NCBI GenBank assembly: GCA_965228895.1
Contig: OZ245842.1
Span: 4,416,001-4,480,000 of the forward strand
Reading direction: 5' to 3'
DNA length: 64,000 nucleotides
Source of the DNA: Alphaproteobacteria bacterium
GTDB taxonomy: Bacteria; Pseudomonadota; Alphaproteobacteria; SP197
The notes beneath the pieces were generated by a model. It was not told the DNA's origin and made no database searches. It was given only the letters and a program-made list of their open reading frames with translations. Each line of letters begins with the position of its first letter. Position 1 is the first letter of the stretch. A program made the position numbers and the translations under genes. Shown here in pieces: positions 19,019-28,461 of this stretch.

Positions 19019-19100
19019 GAAAGTCCCCGTCTTGATCAGCACAATGCCCAAGGCGGTCACACCCATGGTGCCGCCCAACAGCCGGCCAGCCAGATGGCTA
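19019..19100 (-). pseudogene. Remnant of a DHA2 MFS gene (C-terminal helix)
   Basis: Translates LAGRLLGGTMGVTALGIVLIKTGTF versus LTSQLLGGTIGMTILGIILVMTNDY in the MFS at 15784..17169. No start codon lies upstream of the matching segment before an in-frame TGA. Confidence 0.6.
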
Positions 19101-19147
19101 AGGGATTTCGTCAGATAACGCCGGCACGCGCGTTGCTGCCGTCATGC

Positions 19148-20308
19148 CTATCGCAGAAGCGCGTCCTTCACCCAGGTCTGGAAAGCGTGGACGCAGTGTT
19201 CGCTGTCGCCGGGTTCTCCGTCCTTGGTGAAGAAACGGCCCTGGTAGTAGCCGCGCGACTTGATGCCGCGCTGCACGCCCTCGTTAAGCGCCGCATCTTC
19301 AGGACCCAGGTTGTTGTTGAACCATGTCTCCGAACCGCGCGTCGTCGGATCGTCGGACTCACCGGGAATGTCGAAATAGGGATTCTCGACGACACAGGTT
19401 TCCGGTCCGGTCGGGCGCATCAAGAAGGTCGAGATCATGTTGGCGTAGGGCCAGGAATAAATGATCCAGTCCGGCCACAGGTAAAGCGTGATGAAGTAGG
19501 GCGTCTGGCCGCCCTTGCCGTCTTCGGGAAACGGATAGACGCCGGTCTTGTTCTGGCCAGGCGGCGCGATGATGGCGAACCAGTTCTCGTGCACCTCAAG
19601 CTTGGTGCCCGCCATGTCGATGATGTCGCAGAGCTCGCGGTGACAGGGACCGGAGTTCGGGAAGTGATACCCCTCGATCGCGTTCTCGACGACCACCTTC
19701 CAGTTAGCCTTGATGTCGAAGTCCTTGCCACTGGCCGGGACGACACGATCGACATCGGGGAACCACGTGTAGATCGCGTCTTCCATGCCGGGCGCCCATT
19801 CGTTCATGGGTTTGGCATGCGGATCGAGGTTGACGAAGACGAAGCCGCCGAATTCCTGCACGCGCACGTGCTCCAGCGAGAAATCGGCCTTGTCGAAACC
19901 GGCGACGGCCTCGCAGTTGCGCGCGGCTCTTAGGCCGCCGTCCAGACCATAGGCCCAGGCGTGGTAGGGGCAAGTGATGACGGCCTTGACGTTGCCCTTG
20001 CCCTGAAGCAGCTCGTGCGCACGGTGCTGGCAGACATTGTGGAAGGCGCGGAGGTTGCCGTCGGCGCCGCGAATGACGAAGACGCCCTGGCCCTGCACAT
20101 CGACCGCCGCATAGTCGCCGCGGTTCGCCACCTCGCTCTTGTGACAGACGACGCGCCAGGAACGATGGAAGATCTTCTCCCGTTCCTCGGTGAAGACCTC
20201 CGGCCGAAAATACCACGGCGACGGCAGCGTGAAGGACGTGCCGGCATCGTCGGTGAAGTTCTCGGTCGCGAACGCGTTAAGGGTGGCCATGGCCAGCTCC
20301 GCAAGCAT
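19148..20308 (-). CDS. Rieske non-heme iron oxygenase alpha subunit (CntA/choline monooxygenase-like)
   Basis: NVCQHR...TCPYHAW Rieske motif, NWKVVVENAIEGYH, ED...NEGVQRG..SRGY..G. Alternative start at 20290. Confidence 0.93.
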   Translation of the reverse strand: MLAELAMATLNAFATENFTDDAGTSFTLPSPWYFRPEVFTEEREKIFHRSWRVVCHKSEVANRGDYAAVDVQGQGVFVIRGADGNLRAFHNVCQHRAHELLQGKGNVKAVITCPYHAWAYGLDGGLRAARNCEAVAGFDKADFSLEHVRVQEFGGFVFVNLDPHAKPMNEWAPGMEDAIYTWFPDVDRVVPASGKDFDIKANWKVVVENAIEGYHFPNSGPCHRELCDIIDMAGTKLEVHENWFAIIAPPGQNKTGVYPFPEDGKGGQTPYFITLYLWPDWIIYSWPYANMISTFLMRPTGPETCVVENPYFDIPGESDDPTTRGSETWFNNNLGPEDAALNEGVQRGIKSRGYYQGRFFTKDGEPGDSEHCVHAFQTWVKDALLR

Positions 20309-20314
20309 GATCGT

Positions 20315-20336
20315 TTATTGAACGAACGTACAATAA
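20315..20336. promoter_or_regulatory. 22-bp palindromic operator, TetR/BetI-like
   Basis: TTATTGAACGAACGTACAATAA (TTATTG...CAATAA arms plus ACG/CGT). AT-rich, between the divergent Rieske and MFS genes. Confidence 0.65.
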
Positions 20337-20442
20337 CCACTTCGGCTGTTCAACCTGTGCCGCAGATTGTATGGCTTAAGCACGCCAGCGGACAATTGCG
20401 CCCGATCGATGCGCGAAACCGCCGGATGGGGGCCTTTGCCGG

Positions 20443-21630
20443 ATGACGAGCGCGTCGCCATCGAAAGCCGTGTTGTGGCGGAGCCTGATTGCCGTCATCG
20501 GCGGATTGACCGTCGCGTCCATGACCGGCGGCTTCAACGCGCCGCTGTTTGCTACACGCCTTGACGAAATGGGTGTCGACGACTGGTTGATCGGGGCCAG
20601 CACCGCGGCCAACGCCATCGGCCTCTTCGTTGTCGCGCCGTTCGCACCGGCGATCATTGCGCGCTACGGGCTGGCGCCGGTCATGATCGTGACAACGCTA
20701 CTGGAGGCCGCTCTCTATCTCGCGTGCACTGTCGTGACCGGCTTCTGGGGCTGGACAATCATCCGTCTCGCCATGGGCGCCATCGGTGGCGTTCTGTGGA
20801 TTGCGGGCGAAGTCTGGATTACCCAGACGGCAACGGACGCGATCCGTGGCCGTGTGCTGGCGATCTACAATGCCTGCTTCAGCATGGGCAGCGCTGTCGG
20901 ACCAAGCGTCCTGTCGATTGTCGGTTATGCCGGGTCGACCCCGTTCATCATCGCCACCGCGATCACCGTCGCTTCGGTGGTGCCGATCATCTGGGCCCGC
21001 CGGCTGGCGCCGCAGATCGAAAACGAAAGGCACGGCGACGGGTTCTTCGGCTTGATGAAGTCGATGCTGACGCCGCTCCGCCTCGCGCCGGTGCCGATGA
21101 TGTTCAATCTCAGCTACGCGCTTGTCTTCACGGCACTATGGACGTTTCTACCGGTCTATGCGGCGGACACGGGTCTCGACGTCGATCGCGCCTTCCAGCA
21201 ACTCACCGCGTTCGCGATTGGCGGCATCGCGCTTCAATACCCGATCGGGTGGCTGTCGGACCGTGGCGACAGCCGCCTCGTCGGCGCATGCCTCATTGGC
21301 GGCAGCTTTCTGGCGCTTCTCGCGATCGACCTCTTCATCCATGTGCCGGGCCTGGACTTCGTCTATTTCTTTGTCCTGGGCGGCCTCGTTAGCGGCCTCT
21401 ATGTCGTCGCGCTCAGTTTGATCGGTGCACAGTTTCGCGGCTCATCGCTCGCAACGGCGATCACGGTCTATACCCTCATGTGGAGCGCAGCCAGCGTGTT
21501 CAGCCCGCCCTTCGTCGGCGTGGCCAACGATATCGTCGGACCCGATGGCCTGCCGCTCTCCATGGTGCTGTTTACGGCGGTGTTCCTGCCCTTCGCTATC
21601 GCGAGCTGGCTGCGTCACCGGCGACGGTGA
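20443..21630 (+). CDS. MFS transporter (YcaD-like)
   Basis: About 12 TM segments, EVWI......RGRVLAIY, LQYPIGWLSDR. Confidence 0.9.
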   Translation: MTSASPSKAVLWRSLIAVIGGLTVASMTGGFNAPLFATRLDEMGVDDWLIGASTAANAIGLFVVAPFAPAIIARYGLAPVMIVTTLLEAALYLACTVVTGFWGWTIIRLAMGAIGGVLWIAGEVWITQTATDAIRGRVLAIYNACFSMGSAVGPSVLSIVGYAGSTPFIIATAITVASVVPIIWARRLAPQIENERHGDGFFGLMKSMLTPLRLAPVPMMFNLSYALVFTALWTFLPVYAADTGLDVDRAFQQLTAFAIGGIALQYPIGWLSDRGDSRLVGACLIGGSFLALLAIDLFIHVPGLDFVYFFVLGGLVSGLYVVALSLIGAQFRGSSLATAITVYTLMWSAASVFSPPFVGVANDIVGPDGLPLSMVLFTAVFLPFAIASWLRHRRR

Positions 21631-21657
21631 TTCGTTGACCCGGCGATGGCTGAACGC

Positions 21658-22827
21658 CTATGCATGCATCGCGCGCGCAGCCCAGCGATGGAAGCAGTGG
21701 GTCGGCTGTTCCATGACCGGCGTCAAGACGCCGCCATCGAAACCGGGTGAGGCCCGACCCGCCTGCATGCCTTCGCACACGCCCTGGTCCTCGGCGAAGA
21801 TCTCGTTCCAGCCGGCGGTGACCTGACGGCGGACGTCGTCGTAGTCGGGGCCGAGCGGCACCTCGCCGACATAGTAGATATCGAAGGTCTCGCTGACCCG
21901 CCCCGCGCCGTCGGGTAAGAGGCGGACCGCATAGAAATGATCGAAGTGGATCCCGAACAGAACGTTGGGGAACAGCGCGACGTATTCGGCCCGGGTCGCC
22001 CATTCTTCCGGCAGGTTGGGAAACAGCGGCAGGTCGGGTCCGCTACGTTCGGGGCTATAGACCAGGCTGCCCTGCCCGGCGAACCGGTTGTCGACGACGA
22101 TGTCGTAGTGGTCTTCCAGCCGGGAATAACTGTTCAGGCCGGGATGCACCATCGGCAGGTGATAGGCCTCGCAGTAGTTCTCGACCGCCAGCTTCCAGTT
22201 GCAGTCCAGGTCGAATCCGATCACCGAATCCGCACCGCCATGGCGCATCACGCTTTGGTCGAACATCGACCAGCGTTCGTCGAGCGGACGAATGAAATCC
22301 TCGAACGGAGCGCCGTCGCCCGACAGGTTGACGAAGATCTGGTCGAACCAGACCGCGCTTTTGACCTGCTTCAGACCGAACCGGCCGGTATCGAAACCCG
22401 GGCAGGTGTGGATGCCCGAGCCGCCGACATGGGGTGTCGTCCTGAGCGATCCGTCGAAGCCATAAGCCCAGTTGTGATAGGGGCACGTCAGGACGGCGCC
22501 GGCGTGACCGGCTTCGGTCACCAGGGTCATGCCGCGATGGCGACAGACATTGTGGAAGACGTTGACCGCGCCGTCGCGTGCGCGGACAAAAAACAGCGGC
22601 ATGCCGAGCAGATCGACCGGCCTGACATCGCCGGCTTCCGGCACCTGGGAAGCCCGGCCGATCGCGACCCAGGAGCGCGCCCACATCCGGTCGCGCTCCA
22701 GGTCCAGATAAGCATCGGAGGTATAGGCCCGGTTGGGCAGGCCGCGCGCCTCGCCCAACGGCGCTTCGATGGCCGCCAGATCCGGCAGTTCAAGAGTCGG
22801 GTTATCGGTTGCAGGCAAGACGGACAT
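21658..22827 (-). CDS. Rieske oxygenase alpha subunit (choline monooxygenase-like)
   Basis: GLPN.AY, NVCRHRG...TCPYHNW, NWKLAVENYCEAYHLPMVHPGLNSYSRLEDH, EDQGVCEGMQAGRASP. Confidence 0.93.
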   Translation of the reverse strand: MSVLPATDNPTLELPDLAAIEAPLGEARGLPNRAYTSDAYLDLERDRMWARSWVAIGRASQVPEAGDVRPVDLLGMPLFFVRARDGAVNVFHNVCRHRGMTLVTEAGHAGAVLTCPYHNWAYGFDGSLRTTPHVGGSGIHTCPGFDTGRFGLKQVKSAVWFDQIFVNLSGDGAPFEDFIRPLDERWSMFDQSVMRHGGADSVIGFDLDCNWKLAVENYCEAYHLPMVHPGLNSYSRLEDHYDIVVDNRFAGQGSLVYSPERSGPDLPLFPNLPEEWATRAEYVALFPNVLFGIHFDHFYAVRLLPDGAGRVSETFDIYYVGEVPLGPDYDDVRRQVTAGWNEIFAEDQGVCEGMQAGRASPGFDGGVLTPVMEQPTHCFHRWAARAMHA

Positions 22828-22928
22828 CGCGCGTTCCAAGGTGAAGCCCTAACAGAGATCATGATTAGGAACCAAATTGCGATCCGGAAAAACTTCACAA
22901 ATTCTCAGCATAACCATACGCTCACATT

Positions 22929-23879
22929 ATGGATAGCCTGCGCCGCAACCTTCCCTCGCCGACCGGTCTGGTGACGTTCGAAGCGGCCGCACGGCACCTG
23001 AACTTCACGCGGGCCGCCGAAGAGCTGAGCGTCTCCCAGGCTGCCGTAAGCCGCCAGATCAAGGCGCTAGAGGACAATCTGAGCGTATTGTTGTTTCACC
23101 GGGCCGCGCGCCGGGTACGCCTGACCCGCGAAGGCGAGCGCCTGCGCGACGCGGTCGCCACCGGCCTGGGCCACATCGCGACCGTGGCCACCGACTTGAG
23201 GCGCCAGGGCGACAGCGCCGGCGTCGCGGTCGCCACCAGCACCGCCTTCATGTCGATGTGGATGATGCCCCGGGTCGGCCTGTTCCGTACCGCGCAGCCG
23301 GATGTGGCGCTGCGGCTGGTGGCGGCCGATCCCTATGTCGACCCGCAGACCGCGAGCGTCGACCTCGCGGTGCGGTTCGGCGACGGCGCCTGGCCCGGGC
23401 TGGATTCCGTGCGCCTGTTCGACGACATCATCATGCCGGTCTGCAGCCCGGGTTATCTCGCCGGGCGCAAGCCGCCGGCGGGTCCCCAGGATCTGGTTCG
23501 CGAAACGCTCCTGCATCAAGACGAGATCGACCCCGACTGGGTGCCGTGGCGGACATGGTTGGCGCCCTTCGGCGTTTCGCCACCGCCGGCGCGCGGCGGC
23601 CTGAGCTTCAACAACTACGCCAACGTCATTCAGGCCGCGTTGGACGGCCAGGGCATCGCGCTGGGCTGGACCCGCCTGATCGAGGGGTCGCTCCGGCGCG
23701 GCGCCTTGGTGCGCGCCATCGAGACGACAACGCGCTCGAGCCAGGCGCACTACCTGGTGACACCACGCGACCGGCCGCTGGCGCCACAAGCCCTTCAGTT
23801 TCGCGACTGGCTGATCGCGACGGCGGCAAGTGAGCCGGATCCCGAAGACGACCTTCCCGATGTCTACGGCAGGCCTTAG
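22929..23879 (+). CDS. LysR family regulator (GcvA-like), divergent from the Rieske gene
   Basis: LPS...L.TFEAAARHLNFTRAAEEL.VSQAAVSRQIK.LE HTH, DLAVRFGDG.WPG, GQGIALGW. Confidence 0.95.
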   Translation: MDSLRRNLPSPTGLVTFEAAARHLNFTRAAEELSVSQAAVSRQIKALEDNLSVLLFHRAARRVRLTREGERLRDAVATGLGHIATVATDLRRQGDSAGVAVATSTAFMSMWMMPRVGLFRTAQPDVALRLVAADPYVDPQTASVDLAVRFGDGAWPGLDSVRLFDDIIMPVCSPGYLAGRKPPAGPQDLVRETLLHQDEIDPDWVPWRTWLAPFGVSPPPARGGLSFNNYANVIQAALDGQGIALGWTRLIEGSLRRGALVRAIETTTRSSQAHYLVTPRDRPLAPQALQFRDWLIATAASEPDPEDDLPDVYGRP

Positions 23880-24262
23880 CTCGCCAAGGCAGCGATCAAA
23901 GACGCGATCGCCGCGACGCCAATCACCGCCAGCGTCAGGATCATGCCGCCGACACGCGCCGCCGGGCGGCGGGTCAGTGTCGAGAGCGCGAAGCCGTGCA
24001 TCAGCCGGCCGAGGATGAGCGCCGCGCCCAACAGATAGATCAGGAACGACGGCGCACCGCCGAGCTCGGCGAATGCCATCAAGATGAGCGCAATCGGGAC
24101 GTATTCGGCAAAGTTGCCGTGAGCCCGTATCCGGCGTGTCAGCAGTTCGTCACCACCATCGCCCAGATTGACCGAGGCCGCGCGGCGCGTGCGGATCACG
24201 TTGGCCGTCAACAGAATGTACCCGAGCCCGAGCAGGCCGGCGAAGAACGCGGTGATCATCAT
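23876..24262 (-). CDS. MAPEG family membrane protein (YecN-like)
   Basis: LGDGGD..L.RRIRAHGNFAEYVP, GRLMH, GMILT. Confidence 0.92.
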   Translation of the reverse strand: MMITAFFAGLLGLGYILLTANVIRTRRAASVNLGDGGDELLTRRIRAHGNFAEYVPIALILMAFAELGGAPSFLIYLLGAALILGRLMHGFALSTLTRRPAARVGGMILTLAVIGVAAIASLIAALAS

Positions 24263-24394
24263 GGCAAACGGGTATCCCTCGTCCAAAGGTTGGCAACGGC
24301 CTAAGCTGGCCCAAGCAACAAAGAAAGCAGCACCTTGTGTCCTGATGTTACGAGTGGGATAGCCCGAGCGATCAATCACCGTTACGAAGCGGCT

Positions 24395-24532
24395 AAGAGC
24401 AGATCCCGGATTGATGGAATCGCCTTGCGATGCCATCAATCCGGGTGAATCTGCTCTAATCATGGATAAAGAGCGGATTCACGTGGTTAGGTGGAACCGT
24501 TCATCGGTTCCACCTAACCACGACCCGCTCTG
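24395..24532 (+). repeat. Double-hairpin repeat, family B copy 2
   Basis: AAGAGCAGATC-stem-GTGAATCTGCTCTA, linker, AAGAGCGGATTCAC-stem-GACCCGCTCTG. Confidence 0.9.
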
Positions 24533-24576
24533 GTCGGTCCCAGCAGACCCTGTCATAGCAAATAAGGGAGGCCGCC

Positions 24577-25374
24577 ATGTTTCGCCCGCCACGTATCGCC
24601 GCCGTTGGTGTTGTCCTGATGTTGGGGTTGCTCGCCGCTCCGATACAGGCGGCGGACATCCAGTGGTTCGGTCAATCAGCGCTCAAGATCACCACACCTG
24701 GCGGCAAGGTCATCATGGTCGATCCGTTCATCATGCAGAACCCGGTGACCCCCGATGCGATGAAGGACTTGGCCGCGCTGGGTCCGGTTGATCTGATCCT
24801 TGTCACCCACGGCCATGGCGATCACATCGGCGATACGGTCGAACTGGCGGTGATGACCGGCGCCAAGGTCGGCATGAACGCGGATATGGGCCATACCTTC
24901 CGCCTGCTGGGCCTGGTGCCGGGTGACCGGTTGATCCGCTTTAACAAACACGGCCCGATCCAGCCGATCGGCGACGAGGTCACCATCACCATGGTGCGCG
25001 CCGAACACAGTTCCGAGGTCGTGCACGAGGACATGATCTATCCAGGCGGCGAACCGGCGGGCTACATCATCGCGATCGATGGCGACACGACGATCTACCA
25101 TGCGGGCGATACCGGCGTGTTCCACGATATGGCGCTGATCCCGGAGCTTTATGCGCCCGATGTTGCCTTCCTGCCGATTGGCGGCCATTTCACCATGGAT
25201 CCCGAGCACGCGGCCTATGCGGTGAAGACGTTTCTGAACACCCCTGTGGTCGTGCCGATCCACTACGGCACCTTCCCGCCGCTCAAGGGCACGCCAGAGC
25301 AACTCATCGAGGCGCTTGGCGACTGGGACGGCGAGGTCGTTGTCATGCAGCCGGGCGAAAGCCGCGCGTTCTAG
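24577..25374 (+). CDS. Metallo-beta-lactamase-fold hydrolase (UPF0173-like) with signal peptide
   Basis: VDPF, THGHGDH, AEHSS, YHAGDTG.F.DM, LPIGG.FTM, PIHYGTFP. N-terminal hydrophobic stretch ending in IQA. Confidence 0.92.
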   Translation: MFRPPRIAAVGVVLMLGLLAAPIQAADIQWFGQSALKITTPGGKVIMVDPFIMQNPVTPDAMKDLAALGPVDLILVTHGHGDHIGDTVELAVMTGAKVGMNADMGHTFRLLGLVPGDRLIRFNKHGPIQPIGDEVTITMVRAEHSSEVVHEDMIYPGGEPAGYIIAIDGDTTIYHAGDTGVFHDMALIPELYAPDVAFLPIGGHFTMDPEHAAYAVKTFLNTPVVVPIHYGTFPPLKGTPEQLIEALGDWDGEVVVMQPGESRAF

Positions 25375-25401
25375 ATACGGCTGTTCGCGGGGTCCTGATG
25401 C

Positions 25402-26763
25402 TTAGGGCCCTGTGATCTCACCGCGGATCAGCCACACATGGCTCGCCTCGTCCTGTTTGAACGTGCTGTTGACGACGGCGACCGTGTTGCCGTCGACCGC
25501 GAGCTTGCGCATCAGCAGGCCCTGCAAGCTGCCGTTGACGCCTAGGTCGAGGTCCGCGGTGCCTGGAACGATAGCCGGCTCGGAGAAGCTGTCACCGCCC
25601 TCCTGCAACAGGGTGTAGCCCAGACCCAGCGGCCGCTCACCATGGCGCGGATAACGTTCCCACGTGATCATCACTGTCCCATTGGCACTCAGCGCGAGAG
25701 ACGGAAATGCCGCGCTTGCGATGGCGCCGTCGAAGGGTTTCGGCACGCTGCGCGGCACCTCAAAACCTTGCCCGCCATCCGTCGACCGGGCGTAGACAAT
25801 TCTGTAACGCCCATACATACCACCGGCGCTCTCGGCGAATGCCAAATGCAGAACGCCGTCGCTATCGAAGGCGAGCTTCGGCGCGTCCGAATGGCCGGCC
25901 GTGTCGCCCGCTGTTATTGGCGTACCGAATGTGTCGCCACCATCCGTCGAGGTCGCGATACGAATGTCGGCGCTGTCGTCTTCGCCCACGGTCCAGGCCA
26001 GTGCGATCGTGCCATCCTGCGCTACCGCCAGCGACGGGCCGCGCGCAGGGCCGCCGTCATCGATCGTCGCGATCACCAACGCATCGGCAAAGGTCAACCC
26101 GCGGTCGTCGGACCGCGTGAACCACAGGTTGCCCTCGTACGCGGTCCAGGCCGCGTAAAGCGCGCCGTCGGGACCAAGCGCCAGATCCAGGCTGCCGTTG
26201 TTCCAGTGGCGCGGCGTCAGCCGACCTTTGCCCTCGCCGGCCAGACTGTCGGTCAGGTTGACCGGGTTGTCGAAGGTCGCGCCGCCATCGCCGGAGCGCG
26301 CGAAGAAGATATCACCGCCGTGGGAGCCGCCGGAAAAAACGATCTCCTGCCACAGCACGTAGACGTCGTCCGTGCCGTCATTAGCGAACGCGACCCGCGG
26401 CAGCCACGAAAAGATGTCGGGGCTCCTGGAGACATCGACCGGTGTTTCGAAACGCAGCGCACCTTCAGGCTCATAAATCTGGAAAAGTACGCTGTGGCGG
26501 GTCTGGTCGACCCAGACCACGCCGATTTCGCCATTGGGACCAATTGCCGGTGATGGATCGTCGACATAGCGGAAGTCGGAGTCGTTCTGTCGCCACGGCC
26601 CCTTATGGCCCTTGCCCGACGCGACCTCGATCGGGTCTTGCCAGGTCACCGCCAACGTTTCGGCGAAGCCCGGCGACATGCCGCCCACCACACCGGCAAT
26701 GACCACCCCACCCATCGCCATCAGAATCAACCAGGCAGATTTCATCATCACATCACCATCCAT
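25402..26763 (-). CDS. Secreted BNR/Asp-box (sialidase-like) beta-propeller protein
   Basis: Asp boxes SGDGGATF, SDDRGLTF, STDGGDTF, STDGGQGF and a signal peptide. The start may be 26748 or 26745. Confidence 0.85.
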   Translation of the reverse strand: MDGDVMMKSAWLILMAMGGVVIAGVVGGMSPGFAETLAVTWQDPIEVASGKGHKGPWRQNDSDFRYVDDPSPAIGPNGEIGVVWVDQTRHSVLFQIYEPEGALRFETPVDVSRSPDIFSWLPRVAFANDGTDDVYVLWQEIVFSGGSHGGDIFFARSGDGGATFDNPVNLTDSLAGEGKGRLTPRHWNNGSLDLALGPDGALYAAWTAYEGNLWFTRSDDRGLTFADALVIATIDDGGPARGPSLAVAQDGTIALAWTVGEDDSADIRIATSTDGGDTFGTPITAGDTAGHSDAPKLAFDSDGVLHLAFAESAGGMYGRYRIVYARSTDGGQGFEVPRSVPKPFDGAIASAAFPSLALSANGTVMITWERYPRHGERPLGLGYTLLQEGGDSFSEPAIVPGTADLDLGVNGSLQGLLMRKLAVDGNTVAVVNSTFKQDEASHVWLIRGEITGP

Positions 26764-26908
26764 CCGCCCCCTCGCCGCGTATCATAACCACACCTGGCGC
26801 CGCTCACGCGGCTTTGTTTGCGACTTGATCAGCCCAAACGTTGTCCGCCGCGCCGCCCTCATTACGTCTTGGCTCAGAAGCTGTTTTCTCCCTGGGGACC
26901 CCGCCGTC

Positions 26909-27679
26909 ATGAATCGTACCGCCGTTGCCATCTATCGAGAGACCGCCGGGTTCGGCCCGCACATTCGGCTGGGTCTGTTGTCGTTCCTGACGGTGATCGC
27001 AGTCCTCGTCTCTCTCGCCGCCCAGGCGAGTTCACAAAACGACGACATCGACGTAGCGTCGGCGCTGCCCGAAGACCTGACCGATATGGGTTGGTCGTTG
27101 CTGGAGGTCCCCGGCAAGCAGACCGCCGAGTTCAGCTATAGCGGCGCCGGCACGATCGATATCCGCGCCGACAACGCCGTCGCCTTTCTCTACCGTCCGG
27201 TGGACGCGGACGCGGCAAGTAAGAGCCGGCTCGGCTGGACCTGGCGGGTGGACGACGCCGTACCGCCGACTGATCTTTCGCGCGATAGCGGCGACGACCG
27301 CTCGCTCGCCGTGCACATCGTTTTTCCCGCCGATCATGACGCCCTGTCGTTTTGGGAAAGTCTCGAGAACTCCTTGACCGAACTGGTCGCGCCGCCGCTG
27401 GCGGGCAAGGTGCTGACCTATGTCTGGGGCGGCAGCCAGCCTCAAGGCACCGTCCTGGAAAACCCGCACTTCGGCGAGCAGGGAACGATCATCGTCCTGC
27501 GCAGCGGACGGGAACCGACCGGGCGCTGGATGATGGAAGAGATCGATTTCGAAGCCGATTTCCAGGCGGCCTTCGGTTACGCGCCGCCGGCCCCCGTCTT
27601 TGTTGCGATCTCCGCCGATAGCGACGACACAGGCAGTCGAACGGCCGGCGCCGTTGCGGATCTGACCTTCAAGGAATGA
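26909..27679 (+). CDS. DUF3047 domain protein
   Basis: L.WTWRVD, GDDRSLAV, LTYVWGG, ENPH, VLRSG, W..E..D...DFQAAFG, AISADSDDT. N-terminal hydrophobic or signal segment. Start uncertain. Confidence 0.85.
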   Translation: MNRTAVAIYRETAGFGPHIRLGLLSFLTVIAVLVSLAAQASSQNDDIDVASALPEDLTDMGWSLLEVPGKQTAEFSYSGAGTIDIRADNAVAFLYRPVDADAASKSRLGWTWRVDDAVPPTDLSRDSGDDRSLAVHIVFPADHDALSFWESLENSLTELVAPPLAGKVLTYVWGGSQPQGTVLENPHFGEQGTIIVLRSGREPTGRWMMEEIDFEADFQAAFGYAPPAPVFVAISADSDDTGSRTAGAVADLTFKE

Positions 27680-28461
27680 CCTTGGTCACGAGCCCTCTGT
27701 CGGCCCGCCAAACACCTGACGATCGACGACGACTGAGACACCTGACGGCCAACGCAACGGCGCATCAATGGGATGCCGACTCCGCCATCGCCTGGGAGCG
27801 GGGCCCGCGGTTGCCGTTCTGGGTTTCGCGCGACAAGGCGTGTGATGCAGTCAGTCAGCTTTATCACGGTGAAGTCGCGACCAGCCGCATGTGCCGGACG
27901 CTGCTGCACGACATCAACGACGACGCGATACGCCATTGCCTCGGCTTTCAGTTGAGGGACGAGCGGCGCCACGCTGCCGTCTATGCGCGTTACCTCAACG
28001 GTCTCGGCCGCATCGCGCCGATGAATGACGACCTCCGACGCGCCCTGACCGCGGCCCATGATGGACCGCTTCACCCGGTCAGCACGATCCTTGCCTTCCA
28101 CGTCATCGTCGAAGGTGAGGTGTTGCGCCAGCAGGAGATGCTCGCGCGGCTGCTGCCCTGTCCCCTGCTGCGTCAAATCAACCGCCTCGTCGCACGCGAC
28201 GAAGCGCGCCACGTGGCGTTCGGCAAGATCTACCTGCAGGCTGCCCTTGCCGATGTTCCGCGCGAGACACGCGCCGAGCTATACACATGGCTCCACGGGA
28301 TCTGGCGCCAGGCAACAGCCTTCGCCGAAAACGACCGGCCACGCCGCAACGCCCTGGAACACGCGGCCCTTGTCCGGCTGCGCGGCGGTTGGCGACACCA
28401 TGACATCGCCCTGCGCCGGATCGGGATCAGCCCAAGTTCGGCGTGGAAGGCGGCCGCATGA
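27676..28461 (+). CDS. Ferritin-like di-iron protein
   Basis: Di-iron ligand pattern GE...DERRH...VE...DEARH. ATGA overlaps with both neighbours. Confidence 0.82.
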   Translation: MTLVTSPLSARQTPDDRRRLRHLTANATAHQWDADSAIAWERGPRLPFWVSRDKACDAVSQLYHGEVATSRMCRTLLHDINDDAIRHCLGFQLRDERRHAAVYARYLNGLGRIAPMNDDLRRALTAAHDGPLHPVSTILAFHVIVEGEVLRQQEMLARLLPCPLLRQINRLVARDEARHVAFGKIYLQAALADVPRETRAELYTWLHGIWRQATAFAENDRPRRNALEHAALVRLRGGWRHHDIALRRIGISPSSAWKAAA

